In this document: piece after piece, positions 1 through 17,100 of the stretch
Position numbering within the stretch: the stretch's first letter is position 1
Layout of the letters: each line of letters starts with the position of its first letter
Source of the DNA: Eledone cirrhosa
Taxonomy: Eukaryota
NCBI GenBank assembly: GCA_964016885.1
Contig: OZ024752.1
Span: 32,302,001-32,366,000, forward strand
Length of the DNA stretch: 64,000 nucleotides
Direction: 5' to 3'
The notes under the pieces: generated by a model
Seen by the model: the letters and a program-made list of their open reading frames with translations, nothing else
What the model was told of the DNA's origin: nothing
The model's database searches: none
Position numbers and translations under genes: made by a program

Positions 1-144
1 ATTAGCCACAAGGGCCGACATGTAGGGGGACAATACAAAGACAGGGACAGTGGGGGGTTACAATAAGGTCGAGTAAAAGTGCACAATGGCAATAATAATA
101 ATAATTGTTTCTTTATTGGCCACAAGGGCTGACATCAACATAAT

Positions 145-330
145 AATAATTGTTTCTACTTTAGGCACAAGGCCAGCAATTACCCAGTGCATTACTGGTA
201 CTTTATTTAATCGACCCCGTAAGGATGAAAGGCAAAGTCAACCTCGGCGGGATTTGAACTCAGATCGTAAAGGGACGTAACTATGCTAGAAAGCATGGCG
301 TCCGACCCTCTACCGATACTGCCAATCCAA
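145..330 (-). mobile_element. tRNA-derived SINE, family A (central GCCTTTCATCCTTACGGGGTCGATAAAATAAAGTACCAG domain, (ATT)n tail)
   Basis: Reverse complement matches the copies at 33172 and 59891: Pol III A/B boxes (TGGCAGTATCGG; GAGTTCAAATC), a central domain resembling Meta/Nin-type conserved SINE domains, and an ATT tail. Confidence 0.85.
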
Positions 331-544
331 ATGATGAGGTGATGATGGTGGTGATGATGGCGGTGGGGGTTGTTATAATAGTGATGATGATGATGATGGT
401 GATGATGGAAAAACAAAGTGATATCAATACCTACTGCAACTAAATTCATGCACTTTACCAAATCTGTACGATGGAAACAACAATAACAACAATAACAACC
501 ACAAATAAAGAACATGGAAACAAAAAGAGTAACTAAACTAATAG

Positions 545-1260
545 CAGCACCACCGCCACCATCACACCACCACCACCACCCCTTACCACCAACACCACCA
601 CCACCCCTTCACCACTCCTCTAGCGGCACCACCACCACCCCTTCACCACTCCTCTAGCGGCACCACCACCACCATCCCTTCACCACTCCTCTAGCGCCAC
701 CACCACCATCCCTTCACCACTCATTTAGCACCACCACCACCACCACCACCACATCCCTTCACCACTCCTCTAGCGGCACCACCACCACCATCCCTTCACC
801 ACTCCTCTAGCGCCATCACCACCATCCCTTCACCACTCATTTAGCACCACCACCACCACCACCACATCCCTTCACCACTCCTCTAGCGCCACCACCACCA
901 CCATCCCTTCACCACCACCACCACCACTTCACCACCACCATCCCTTCACCACTCCTCTAGCGCCACCACCACCACCACTTCACCACTCCTCTAGCGCCAC
1001 CACCACTTCACCACTCCTCTAGCGCCACCACCACCATCCCTTCACCACCACCACTTCACCACTCCTTTAGCACCACCACCATCCCTTCACCACTCCTCTA
1101 GCGCCACCACCACCACCAGCATCCTTTCACCACCACCAACAACAACAACACCCCCAGCACCACCACAACATCACCAGCAACAACAACAACAGCACCGCCA
1201 CAAACAATAAAAAAACCCACTCAACACTACCACCACCACCACCACACCACCAAGAACACC
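545..1260. repeat. Degenerate (CCA)n-rich tandem repeat, ~30-38 bp unit CCACCATCCCTTCACCACTCCTCTAGCG
   Basis: Repeated CCCTTCACCACTCCTCTAGCG motif separated by variable (CCA)n; leads into the 41-bp satellite. Confidence 0.85.
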
Positions 1261-4200
1261 ACCACCACCACCACCACCACAATCACTCTTAGCACCACCA
1301 TAACAACACCACCACCACCACCACCACCACCACAATCACTCTTAGCACCCCCATAACAACACCACCACCACCACAATCACTCTTAGCACCACCATAACAA
1401 CACCACCACCACCACCACCACCACCACAATCACTCTCAGCACCTCCATAACACCACCAGCACCACCACAATCACTCTTAGCACCCCCATAACAACACCAC
1501 CACCACCACAATCACTCTTAGCACCCCCATAACAACACCACCACCACCACAATCACTCTTAGCACCACCATAACAACACCACCACCACCACAATCACTCT
1601 TAGCACCACCATAACAACACCACCACCACCACAATCACTCTTAGCACCCCCATAACAACACCACCACCACCACAATCACTCTCAGCACCCCCATAACAAC
1701 ACCACCACCACCACAATCACTCTTAGCACCCCCATAACAACACCACCACCACCACAATCACTCTTAGCACCCCCATAACAACACCACCACCACCACAATC
1801 ACTCTTAGCACCCCCATAACAACACCACCACCACCACAATCACTCTTAGCACCCCCATAACAACACCACCACCACCACAATCACTCTCAGCACCCCCATA
1901 ACAACACCACCACCACCACAATCACTCTTAGCACCCCCATAACAACACCACCACCACCACAATCACTCTTAGCACCCCCATAACAACACCACCACCACCA
2001 CACCATAACAACACCACCACCACCACCACAATCACTCTTAGCACCCCCATAACAACACCACCACCACCACAATCACTCTTAGCACCCCCATAACAACACC
2101 ACCACCACCACAATCACTCTTAGCACCCCCATAACAACACCACCACAATCACTCTTAGCACCCCCATAACAACACCACCACCACCACAATCACTCTCAGC
2201 ACCCCCATAACAACACGACCACCACCACAATCACTCTCAGCACCCCCATAACAACACCACCACCACCTCAATCACTCTCAGCACCACCATAACAACACCA
2301 CCACCACCACCACAATCACTCTCAGCACCCCCATAACAACACCACCACCACCTCAATCACTCTCAGCACCCCCATAACAACACCACCACCACCACCACAA
2401 TCACTCTCAGCACCCCCATAACAACACCACCACCACCACCACAATCACTCTCAGCACCCCCATAACAACACCACCACCACCACAATCACTCTTAGCACCC
2501 CCATAACACCACCAGCACCACCACAATCACTCTCAGCACCCCCATAACAACACCACCACCACCACAATCACTCTTAGCACCCCCATAACAACACCACCAC
2601 CACCACAATCACTCTCAGCACCCCCATAACAACACCACCACCACCACAATCACTCTTAGCACCCCCATAACAACACCACCACCACCACAATCACTCTCAG
2701 CACCCCCATAACAACACCACCACCACCACAATCACTCTCAGCACCCCCATAACAACACCACCACCACCACAATCACTCTCAGCACCCCCATAACAACACC
2801 ACCACCACCACAATCACTCTTAGCACCCCCATAACACCACCAGCACCACCACAATCACTCTCAGCACCCCCATAACAACACCACCACCACCACCACAATC
2901 ACTCTCAGCACCCCCATAACAACACCACCACCACCACAATCAATCTTAGCACCCCCATAACCACACCACCACCACCACAATCACTTAGCACCCCCATAAC
3001 AACACCACCACCACCACAATCACTCTTAGCACCACCATAACAACACCACCACCACCACAATCACTCTCAGCACCCCCATAACAACACCACCACCACCACA
3101 ATCACTCTCAGCACCCCCATAACAACACCACCACCACCACAATCACTCTCAGCACCCCCATAACAGCACCACCACCACCACCACAATCACTCTTAGCACC
3201 CCCATAACAACACCACCACCACCACAATCACTCTTAGCACCCCCATAACAACACCACCACCACCACAATCAATCTTAGCACCCCCATAACAACACCACCA
3301 CAATCACTCTTAGCACCACCATAACAACACCACCACCACCACAATCACTCTTAGCACCCCCATAACACCACCACCACCACAATCACTCTTAGCACCCCCA
3401 TAACACCACCAGCACCACCACAATCACTCTCAGCACCCCCATAACAACACCACCACCACCACAATCACTCTCAGCACCCCCATAACAACACCACCACCAC
3501 CACAATCACTCTCAGCACCCCCATAACAACACCACCACCACCACAATCACTCTTAGCACCACCATAACAACACCACCACCACCACCACAATCACTCTTAG
3601 CACCCCCATAACAACACCACCACCACCACAATCACTCTTAGCACCACCATAACAACACCACCACCACCACAATCAATCTTAGCACCCCCATAACAACACC
3701 ACCACAATCACTCTTAGCACCCCCATAACAACACCACCACCACCACAATCACTCTCAGCACCCCCATAACAACACGACCACCACCACAATCACTCTCAGC
3801 ACCCCCATAACAACACCACCACCACCTCAATCACTCTCAGCACCACCATTACAACACCACCACCACCACAATCACTCTCAGCACCCCCATAACAACACCA
3901 CCACCACCACAATCACTCTCAGCACCCCCATAACAACACCACCACCACCACCACAATCACTCTCAGCACCCCCATAACAACACCACCACCACCACAATCA
4001 CTCTTAGCACCCCCATAACACCACCAGCACCACCACAATCACTCTCAGCACCCCCATAACAACACCACCACCACCACAATCACTCTTAGCACCCCCATAA
4101 CAACACCACCACCACCACAATCACTCTCAGCACCACCATAACAACACCACCACCACAATCACTCTCAGCACCCCCATAACAACACCACCACCACCCCCAT

Positions 4201-7200
4201 AACAACACCACCACCACCACAATCACTCTTAGCACCCCCATAACACCACCAGCACCACCACAATCACTCTCAGCACCCCCATAACAACACCACCACCACC
4301 ACAATCACTCTTAGCACCCCCATAACAACACCACCACCACCACAATCACTCTCAGCACCCCCATAACAACACCACCACCACCACAATCACTCTTAGCACC
4401 CCCATAACAACACCACCACCACCACAATCACTCTCAGCACCCCCATAACAACACCACCACCACCACAATCACTCTCAGCACCCCCATAACAACACCACCA
4501 CCACCACAATCACTCTCAGCACCCCCATAACAACACCACCACCACCACAATCACTCTTAGCACCCCCATAACACCACCAGCACCACCACAATCACTCTCA
4601 GCACCCCCATAACAACACCACCACCACCACAATCACTCTCAGCACCCCCATAACAACACCACCACCACCACAATCACTCTTAGCACCCCCATAACAACAC
4701 CACCACCACCACAATCACTCTCAGCACCCCCATAACAACACCACCACCACCACAATCACTCTCAGCACCCTCATAACAACACCACCACCACCACCACAAT
4801 CACTCTCAGCACCCCCATAACAACACCACCACCACCACAATCACTCTTAGCACCCCCATAACACCACCAGCACCACCACAATCACTCTCAGCACCCCCAT
4901 AACAACACCACCACCACCACAATCACTCTTAGCACCCCCATAACAACACCACCACCACCACAATCACTCTTAGCACCACCATAACAACACCACCACCACC
5001 ACAATCACTCTTAGCACCCCCACCACCACCACAATCACTCTTCGCACCACCATAACAACACCACCACCACCACAATCACTCTCAGCACCCCCATAACAAC
5101 ACCACCACCACCACAATCACTCTCAGCACCCCCATAACAACACCACCACCACCACAATCACTCTCAGCACCCCCATAACAGCACCACCACCACCACAATC
5201 ACTCTTAGCACCCCCATAACAACACCACCACCACCACAATCACTCTCAGCACCCCCATAACAACACCACCACCACCTCAATCACTCTCAGCACCACCATA
5301 ACAACACCACCACCACCACAATCACTCTTAGCACCCCCATAACAACACCACCACCACCACAATCACTCTCAGCACCCCCATAACAACACCACCACCACCT
5401 CAATCACTCTCAGCACCACCATAACAACACCACCACCACCACAATCACTCTCAGCACCCCCATAACAACACCACCACCACCACCACAATCACTCTCAGCA
5501 CCCCCATAACAACACCACCACCACCACAATCACTCTTAGCACCCCCATAACAACACCACCACCACCACAATCACTCTTAGCACCCCCATAACAACACCAC
5601 CACAATCACTCTTAGCACCCCCATAACAACACCACCACCACCACAATCACTCTCAGCACCCCCATAACAACACCACCACCACCACAATCACTCTCAGCAC
5701 CCCCATAACAACACCACCACCACCACAATCACTCTTAGCACCCCCATAACAACACCACCACAATCACTCTCAGCACCCCCATAACAACACCACCACCACC
5801 ACAATCACTCTCAGCACCCCCATAACAACACCACCACCACCACAATCAATCTTAGCACCCCCATAACAACACCACCACAATCACTCTCAGCACCCCCATA
5901 ACAACACCACCACCACCACAATCACTCTTAGCACCCCCATAACAACACCACCACCACCACAATCACTCTTAGCACCCCCATAACAACACCACCACCACCA
6001 CAATCACTCTCAGCACCCCCATAACAACACCACCACCACCACAATCACTCTCAGCACCCCCATAACAACACCACCACCACCACAATCACTCTCAGCACCC
6101 CCATAACAACACCACCACCACCACAATCACTCTTAGCACCCCCATAACAACACCACCACAATCACTCTCAGCACCCCCATAACAACACCACCACCACCAC
6201 AATCACTCTCAGCACCCCCATAACAACACCACCACCACCACAATCAATCTTAGCACCCCCATAACAACACCACCACAATCACTCTCAGCACCCCCATAAC
6301 AACACCACCACCACCACAATCACTCTCAGCACCCCCATAACAACACCACCACCACCACAATCACTCTTAGCACCCCCATAACAACACCACCACAATCACT
6401 CTCAGCACCCCCATAACAACACCACCACCACCACAATCACTCTCAGCACCCCCATAACAACACCACCACCACCACAATCAATCTTAGCACCCCCATAACA
6501 ACACCACCACAATCACTCTCAGCACCCCCATAACAACACCACCACCACCACAATCACTCTTAGCACCCCCATAACAACACCACCACCACCACAATCACTC
6601 TTAGCACCCCCATAACAACACCACCACAATCACTCTTAGCACCCCCATAACAACACCACCACCACCACAATCACTCTCAGCACCCCCATAACAACACCAC
6701 CACCACCACAATCACTCTCAGCACCCCCATAACAACACCACCACCACCACAATCACTCTTAGCACCCCCATAACAACACCACCACAATCACTCTTAGCAC
6801 CCCCATAACAACACCACCACCACCACAATCACTCTCAGCACCCCCATAACAACACCACCACCACCACAATCACTCTCAGCACCCCCATAACAACACCACC
6901 ACCACCACAATCACTCTCAGCACCCCCATAACAACACCACCACCACCACAATCAATCTTAGCACCCCCATAACAACACCACCACAATCACTCTTAGCACC
7001 CCCATAACAACACCACCACCACCACAATCACTCTTAGCACCCCCATAACAACACCACCACCACCACCAATCACTCTCAGCACCACCATAACAACACCACC
7101 ACCACCACAATCACTCTCAGCACCCCCATAACAAACCACCACCACCACCACAATCACTCTCAGCACCCCCATAACAACACCACCACCACCACAATCACTC

Positions 7201-10200
7201 TTAGCACCCCCATAACGCCACCAGCACCACCACAATCACTCTCAGCACCCCCATAACAACACCACCACCACCACAATTACTCTTAGCACCCCCATAACAA
7301 CACCACCACCACCACAATCACTCTCAACACCCCCATAACAACACCACCACCACCACCACAATCACTCTCAGCACCCCCATAACAACACCACCACCACCAC
7401 AATCACTCTTAGCACCCCCATAACACCACCAGCACCACCACAATCACTCTCAGCACCCCCATAACAACACCACCACCACCACAATCACTCTTAGCACCCC
7501 CATAACAACACCACCACCACCACAATCACTCTCAGCACCCCCATAACAACACCACCACCACCACAATCACTCTCAGCACCCCTATAACAACACCACCACC
7601 ACCACAATCAATCTTAGCACCCCCATAACAACACCACCACAATCACTCTTAGCACCCCCATAACAACACCACCACAATCACTCTCAGCACCCCCATAACA
7701 ACACCACCACCACCACAATCACTCTCAGCACCCCCATAACAACACCACCACCACCACAATCAATCTTAGCACCCCCATAACAACACCACCACAATCACTC
7801 TCAGCACCCCCATAACAACACCACCACCACCACAATCACTCTCAGCACCCCCATAACAACACCACCACCACCACAATCAATCTTAGCACCCCCATAACAA
7901 CACCACCACAATCACTCTTAGCACCCCCATAACAACACCACCACCACCACAATCACTCTTAGCACCCCCATAACAACACCACCACCACCACCAATCACTC
8001 TTAGCACCCCCATAACAACACCACCACCACCACAATCACTCTTAGCACCCCCATAACAACACCACCACCACCACAATCACTCTTAGCACCCCCATAACAG
8101 CACCACCACCACCACCACAATCACTCTTCGCACCACCATAACAACACCACCACCACCACAATCACTCTCAGCACCCCCATAACAACACCACCACCACCAC
8201 AATCACTCTCAGCACCCCCATAACAACACCACCACCACCACAATCACTCTCAGCACCCCCATAACAGCACCACCACCACCACAATCACTCTTAGCACCCC
8301 CATAACAACACCACCACCACCACAATCACTCTTAGCACCCCCATAACAACACCACCCCCATAACAACACCACCACCACCACAATCAATCTTAGCACCCCC
8401 ATAACCACACCACCACCACCACCACCACAATCACTCTTAGCACCCCCATAACAACACCACCACCACCACAATCACTCTTAGCACCCCCATAACAACAACA
8501 CCACCACCACAATCACTCTCAGCACCCCCATAACAGCACCACCACCACCACCACAATCACTCTTAGCACCCCCATAACAACACCACCACCACCACAATCA
8601 CTCTTAGCACCCCCATAACAACACCACCACCACCACAATCACTCTCAGCACCCCCATAACAGCACCACCACCACCACCACAATCACTCTTAGCACCCCCA
8701 TAACAACACCACCACCACCACAATCACTCTTAGCACCCCCATAACAACACCACCACCACCACAATCAATCTTAGCACCCCCATAACAACACCACCACCAC
8801 CACAATCAATCTTAGCACCCCCATAACAGCACCACCACCACCACCACAATCACTCTTAGCACCCCCATAACAACACCACCACCACCACAATCACTCTTAG
8901 CACCCCCATAACAACAACACCACCACCACAATCACTCTCAGCACCCCCATAACAACTCCACCACCACCTCAATCACTCTCAGCACCACCATAACAACACC
9001 ACCACCACCACAATCACTCTTAGCACCCCCATAACAGCACCACCACCACCACAATCACTCTCAGCACCACCATAACAACACCACCACCACCACAATCACT
9101 CTCAGCACCCCCATAACAACACCACCACCACCACCACAATCACTCTCAGCACCCCCATAACAACACCACCACCACCACAATCACTCTCAGCACCCCCATA
9201 ACAACACCACCACCACCACAATCACTCTTAGCACCCCCATAACAACACCACCACCACCACAATCACTCTTAGCACCCCCATAACAACACCACCACCACCA
9301 CAATCACTCTTAGCACCACCATAACAACACCACCACCACCACAATCACTCTTAGCACCCCCATAACAGCACCACCACCACCACCACAATCACTCTTCGCA
9401 CCACCATAACAACACCACCACCACCACAATCACTCTCAGCACCCCCATAACAACACCACCACCACCACAATCACTCTTAGCACCCCCATAACAACACCAC
9501 CACCACCACAATCACTCTTAGCACCCCCATAACAACACCACCACCACCACAATCAATCTTAGCACCCCCATAACCACACCACCACCACCACAATCACTTA
9601 GCACCCCCATAACAACACCACCACCACCACAATCACTCTTAGCACCACCATAACAACACCACCACCACCACAATCACTCTTAGCACCCCCACCACCACCA
9701 CAATCACTCTTCGCACCACCATAACAACACCACCACCACCACAATCACTCTCAGCACCCCCATAACAACACCACCACCACCACAATCACTCTCAGCACCC
9801 CCATAACAACACCACCACCACCACAATCACTCTTAGCACCCCCATAACAACACCACCACCACCACAATCACTCTTAGCACCCCCATAACAACACCACCAC
9901 CACCACAATCAATCTTAGCACCCCCATAACAACACCACCACAATCACTCTTAGCACCCCCATAACAACACCACCACAATCACTCTCAGCACCCCCATAAC
10001 AACACCACCACCACCACAATCACTCTCAGCACCCCCATAACAACACCACCACCACCACAATCAATCTTAGCACCCCCATAACAACACCACCACAATCACT
10101 CTTAGCGCCCCCATAACAACACCACCACCACCACAATCACTCTTAGCACCCCCATAACAACACCACCACCACCACCAATCACTCTTAGCACCCCCATAAC

Positions 10201-13200
10201 AACACCACCACCACCACAATCACTCTTAGCACCCCCATAACAACACCACCACCACCACAATCACTCTTAGCACCCCCATAACAGCACCACCACCACCACC
10301 ACAATCACTCTTCGCACCACCATAACAACACCACCACCACCACAATCACTCTCAGCACCCCCATAACAACACCACCACCACCACAATCACTCTCAGCACC
10401 CCCATAACAACACCACCACCACCACAATCACTCTCAGCACCCCCATAACAGCACCACCACCACCACAATCACTCTTAGCACCCCCATAACAACACCACCA
10501 CCACCACAATCACTCTTAGCACCCCCATAACAACACCACCCCCATAACAACACCACCACCACCACAATCAATCTTAGCACCCCCATAACCACACCACCAC
10601 CACCACCACCACAATCACTCTTAGCACCCCCATAACAACACCACCACAATCACTCTTAGCACCCCCATAACAACACCACCACCACCACAATCACTCTTAG
10701 CACCCCCATAACAACAACACCACCACCACAATCACTCTCAGCACCCCCATAACAGCACCACCACCACCACCACAATCACTCTTAGCACCCCCATAACAAC
10801 ACCACCACCACCACAATCACTCTTAGCACCCCCATAACAACACCACCACCACCACAATCACTCTCAGCACCCCCATAACAGCACCACCACCACCACCACA
10901 ATCACTCTTAGCACCCCCATAACAACACCACCACCACCACAATCACTCTTAGCACCCCCATAACAACACCACCACCACCACAATCAATCTTAGCACCCCC
11001 ATAACAACACCACCACCACCACAATCAATCTTAGCACCCCCATAACAGCACTACCACCACCACCACAATCACTCTTAGCACCCCCATAACAACACCACCA
11101 CCACCACAATCACTCTTAGCACCCCCATAACAACACCACCACCACCACAATCACTCTCAGCACCCCCATAACAACTCCACCACCACCTCAATCACTCTCA
11201 GCACCACCATAACAACACCACCACCACCACAATCACTCTTAGCACCCCCATAACAGCACCACCACCACCACAATCACTCTCAGCACCACCATAACAACAC
11301 CACCACCACCACAATCACTCTCAGCACCCCCATAACAACACCACCACCACAATCACTCTCAGCACCCCCATAACAACACCACCACCACCACAATCACTCT
11401 CAGCACCCCCATAACAACACCACCACCACCACAATCATTCTTAGCACCCCCATAACAACACCACCACCACCACAATCACTCTTAGCACCCCCATAACAAC
11501 ACCACCACCACCACAATCACTCTTAGCACCACCATAACAACACCACCACCACCACAATCACTCTTAGCACCCCCATAACAGCACCACCACCACCACCACA
11601 ATCACTCTTCGCACCACCATAACAACACCACCACCACCACAATCACTCTCAGCACCCCCATAACAACACCACCACCACCACAATCACTCTTAGCACCCCC
11701 ATAACAACACCACCACCACCACAATCACTCTTAGCACCCCCATAACAACACCACCACCACCACAATCAATCTTAGCACCCCCATAACCACACCACCACCA
11801 CCACAATCACTTAGCACCCCCATAACAACACCACCACCACCACAATCACTCTTAGCACCACCATAACAACACCACCACCACCACAATCACTCTTAGCACC
11901 CCCACCACCACCACAATCACTCTTCGCACCACCATAACAACACCACCACCACCACAATCACTCTCAGCACCCCCATAACAACACCACCACCACCACAATC
12001 ACTCTCAGCACCCCCATAACAACACCACCACCACCACAATCACTCTTAGCACCCCCATAACAACACCACCACCACCACAATCACTCTTAGCACCCCCATA
12101 ACAACACCACCACCACCACAATCAATCTTAGCACCCCCATAACAACACCACCACAATCACAATCACTCTCAGCACCACCATAACAACACCACCACCACCA
12201 CCACAATCACTCTTAGCACCACCATAACAACACCACCACCACCACCACAATCACTCTTAGCACCCCCATAACAACACCACCACCACCACCACAATCACTC
12301 TTAGCACCCCCATAACAACACCACCACCACCTCAATCACTCTTAGCACCCCCATAACAACACCACCACCACAATCACTCTTAGCACCCCCATAACAACAC
12401 CACCACCACCTCAATCACTCTCAGCACCCCCATAACAACACCACCACCACCACAATCACTCTTAGCACCCCCATAACAACACCACCACCACCACCACAAT
12501 CACTCTTAGCACCACCATAACAACACCACCACCACCACAATCACTCTTAGCACCCCCATAACAACACCACCACCACCACAATCACTCTCAGCACACCCAT
12601 AACAACACCACCACCACCACAATCACTCTCAGCACACCCATAACAACACCACCACCACCACAATCACTCTCAGCACCCCCATAACAACACCACCACCACC
12701 ACAATCACTCTTAGCACCACCATAACAACACCACCACCACCACAATCACTCTTTGCACCCCCATAACAACACCACCACCACCACAATCACTCTCAGCACC
12801 ACCATAACAACACCACCACCACCACAATCACTCTCAGCACCACCATAACAACACCACCACCACCACAATCACTCTTAGCACCCCCATAACAACACCACCA
12901 CCACCACAATCACTCTTAGCACCCCCATAACAACACCACCACCACCACAATCACTCTTAGCACCCCCATAACAACACCACCACCACCACAATCACTCTTA
13001 GCACCCCCATAACAACACCACCACCACCACAATCACTCTTAGCACCCCCATAACAACACCACCACCACCACAATCACTCTCAGCACCCCCATAACAACAC
13101 CACCACCACCACAATCACTCTTAGCACCACCATAACAACACCACCACCACCACAATCACTCTCAGCACCACCATAACAACACCACCACAATCACTCTCAG

Positions 13201-13815
13201 CACCCCCATAACAACACCACCACCACCACAATCACTCTTAGCACCCCCATAACAACACCACCACCACCACAATCACTCTTAGCACCACCATAACAACACC
13301 ACCACCACCACCACCACAATCACTCTTAGCACCACCATAACAACACCACCACCACCACCACAATCACTCTTAGCACCACCATAACAACACCACCACCACC
13401 ACAATCACTCTCAGCACCCCCATAACAACACCACCACCACCACCACCACAATCACTCTCAGCACCACCATAACACCACCACCACCACCACAATCACTCTT
13501 AGCACCACCATAACAACACCACCACCACCACAATCACTCTTAGCACCCCCATAACAACACCACCACCACCACCACAATCACTCTTAGCACCACCATAACA
13601 ACACCACCACCACCACCACAATCACTCTTAGCTCCACCATAACAACACCACCACCACCACCACAATCACTCTTAGCACCACCATAACAACACCACCACCA
13701 CCACAATCACTCTTAGCACCCCCATAACAACACCACCACCACAATCACTCTCAGCACCCCCATAACAACACCACCACCACCACAATCACTCTTAGCACCC
13801 CCATAACAACACCAG
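1261..13815. repeat. Satellite 1: 41-bp unit CAATCACTCT(T/C)AGCACCCCCATAACAACACCACCACCACCA, ~300 copies
   Basis: Directly visible tandem array; unit length varies in 3-bp steps (35/38/41/44) through CCA slippage; C/A-rich on +, G/T-rich on -. Confidence 0.97.
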
Positions 13816-14116
13816 CACCATCACCACCACCACCACCACCACCTACAACAACAACACCCACAACACCAGCACCACCACCACCACCACCAAGAACATCACC
13901 ACCACAATCACCACCAGCACCATCACCACCACCACCACCACCCACAACAACACCACCACCACCACCTGCACCAACAACAAAAAATCACAAAAAAAAAAAA
14001 AAAAGAAATATTATTTTTTTTAAATTACATCTGAATATTGGTATAAGATAAGAAAGTTTCCCTGAGGCTGTGAGGAGATGGAATAGTATCTAATTGTAGA
14101 TTGTTGGAACAGTATT

Positions 14117-17100
14117 ACTAGTGCCATAACACAGAAGGTTCTGGTAAGGGGGGGGGGGGAGACTAGTGCCATAACAGAAGGTTCTGGTAAGGGGGGGGAG
14201 ACTAGTGCCATAACACAGAAGGTTCTGGTAAGGGGGGGGAGACTAGTGCCATAACACAGAAGGTTCTGGTAGAGAGGGGGGGAGAGAGAGACTAGTGCCA
14301 TAACACAGAAGGTTCTGGTAAGGGGGGGGGCGACTAGTGCCATAACACAGAAGGTTCTGGTAGAGAGGGGGGGAGAGAGAGACTAGTGCCATAACACAGA
14401 AGGTTCTGGTAGAGGGGGGGGGGGAGACTAGTGCCATAACAGAAGGTTCTGGTAAGGGGGGGAGACTAGTGCCATAACACAGAAGGTTCTGGTAAGGGGG
14501 GGGGAGACTAGTGCCATAACACAGAAGGTTCTGGTAAGGGGGGGAGACTAGTGCCATAACACAGAAGGTTCTGGTAAGGGGGGGGAGACTAGTGCCATAA
14601 CACAGAAGGTTCTGGTAAGGGGGGGGGAGACTAGTGCCATAACACAGAAGGTTCTGGTAAGGGGGGGGAGACTAGTGCCATAACACGGAAGGTTCTGGTA
14701 GAGAGGGGGGGATAGAGGGAGAGACTAGTGCCATAACACAGAAGGTTCTGGTAGAGAGGGGGGGAGAGAGAGAGAGACTAGTGCCATAACACGGAAGGTT
14801 CTGGTAGAGAGGGGGGGAGAGAGAGAGACTAGTGCCATAACACAGAAGGTTCTGGTAAGGGGGGGGGGAGACTAGTGCCATAACACAGAAGGTTCTGGTA
14901 GAGAGGGGGGGATAGAGGCAGAGACTAGTGCCATAACACGGAAGGTTCTGGTAGAGAGGGGGGAGAGAGAGAGAGACTAGTGCCATAACACAGAAGGTTC
15001 TGGTAAGGGGGGGGGGAGACTAGTGCCATAACACAGAAGGTTCTGGTAAGGGGGGGGAGACTAGTGCCATAACACGGAAGGTTCTGGTAGAGAGGGGGGG
15101 ATAGAGGGAGAGACTAGTGCCATAACACAGAAGGTTCTGGTAGAGAGGGGGGGAGAGAGAGAGAGACTAGTGCCATAACACGGAAGGTTCTGGTAGAGAG
15201 GGGGGGAGAGAGAGAGACTAGTGCCATAACACAGAAGGTTCTGGTAGAGAGGGGGGGAGAGAGAGAGAGACTAGTGCCATAACACGGAAGGTTCTGGTAG
15301 AGAGGGGGGAGAGAGAGAGAGACTAGTGCCATAACACGGAAGGTTCTGGTAAGGGGGGGGGGGGAGACTAGTGCCATAACACAGAAGGTTCTGGTAGAGA
15401 GGGGGGGATAGAGGCAGAGACTAGTGCCATAACACGGAAGGTTCTGGTAGAGAGGGGGGGATAGAGGCAGAGACTAGTGCCATAACACGGAAGGTTCTGG
15501 TAGAGAGGGGGGAGAGAGAGAGAGACTAGTGCCATAACACGGAAGGTTCTGGTAAGGGGGGGGGGGAGACTAGTGCCATAACACAGAAGGTTCTGGTAGA
15601 GAGGGGGGGATAGAGGCAGAGACTAGTGCCATAACACGGAAGGTTCTGGTAGAGAGGGGGGAGAGAGAGAGAGACTAGTGCCATAACACGGAAGGTTCTG
15701 GTAGAGAGGGGGGGATAGAGGCAGAGACTAGTGCCATAACACGGAAGGTTCTGGTAGAGAGGGGGGGAGAGAGAGAGAGACTAGTGCCATAACACAGAAG
15801 GTTCTGGTAGAGAGGGGGGGATAGAGAGAGAGACTAGTGCCATAACACGGAAGGTGCTGGTAGAGAGGGGGGGATAGAGGCAGAGACTAGTGCCATAACA
15901 CGGAAGGTTCTGGTAGAGAGGGGGGGATAGAGGCAGAGACTAGTGCCATAACACGGAAGGTTCTGGTAGAGAGGGGGGGAGAGAGAGAGAGACTAGTGCC
16001 ATAACACAGAAGGTTCTGGTAGAGAGGGGGGGATAGAGAGAGAGACTAGTGCCATAACACGGAAGGTGCTGGTAGAGAGGGGGGGATAGAGGCAGAGACT
16101 AGTGCCATAACACGGAAGGTTCTGGTAGAGAGGGGGGGAGAGAGGCAGAGACTAGTGCCATAACACAGAAGGTTCTGGTAGAGAGGGGGGGATAGAGAGA
16201 CTAGTGCCATAACACGGAAGGTTCTGGTAGAGAGGGGGGAGAGAGAGAGAGACTAGTGCCATAACACAGAAGGTTCTGGTAGAGAGGGGGGGATAGAGGG
16301 AGAGACTAGTGCCATAACACAGAAGGTTCTGGTAGAGAGGGGGGGATAGAGGGAGAGACTAGTGCCATAACACAGAAGGTTCTGGTAGAGAGGGGGGAGA
16401 GAGAGAGAGACTAGTGCCATAACACAGAAGGTTCTGGTAGAGAGGGGGGGATAGAGGGAGAGACTAGTGCCATAACACAGAAGGTTCTGGTAGAGAGGGG
16501 GGGATAGAGGGAGAGACTAGTGCCATAACACAGAAGGTTCTGGTAGAGAGGGGGGGATAGAGGGAGAGACTAGTGCCATAACACAGAAGGTTCTGGTAGA
16601 GAGGGGGGGATAGAGGGAGAGACTAGTGCCATAACACAGAAGGTTCTGGTAGAGAGGGGGGGAGAGAGAGAGAGACTAGTGCCATAACACAGAAGGTTCT
16701 GGTAGAGAGGGGGGGATAGAGGGAGAGACTAGTGCCATAACACAGAAGGTTCTGGTAGAGAGGGGGGGAGAGAGAGAGAGACTAGTGCCATAACACAGAA
16801 GGTTCTGGTAGAGAGGGGGGGATAGAGGGAGAGACTAGTGCCATAACACAGAAGGTTCTGGTAGAGAGGGGGGGAGAGAGAGAGAGACTAGTGCCATAAC
16901 ACAGAAGGTTCTGGTAGAGAGGGGGGGATAGAGGGAGAGACTAGTGCCATAACACAGAAGGTTCTGGTAGAGAGGGGGGGAGAGAGAGAGAGACTAGTGC
17001 CATAACACAGAAGGTTCTGGTAGAGAGGGGGGGGGAGAGAGAGAGACTAGTGCCATAACACAGAAGGTTCTGGTAGAGAGGGGGGGGAGAGAGAGAGAGA

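Noticed and set aside
1261-13815. Telomeric repeat
   Set aside because: No (TTAGGG)n/(CCCTAA)n arrays; a subtelomeric position cannot be shown from this window.
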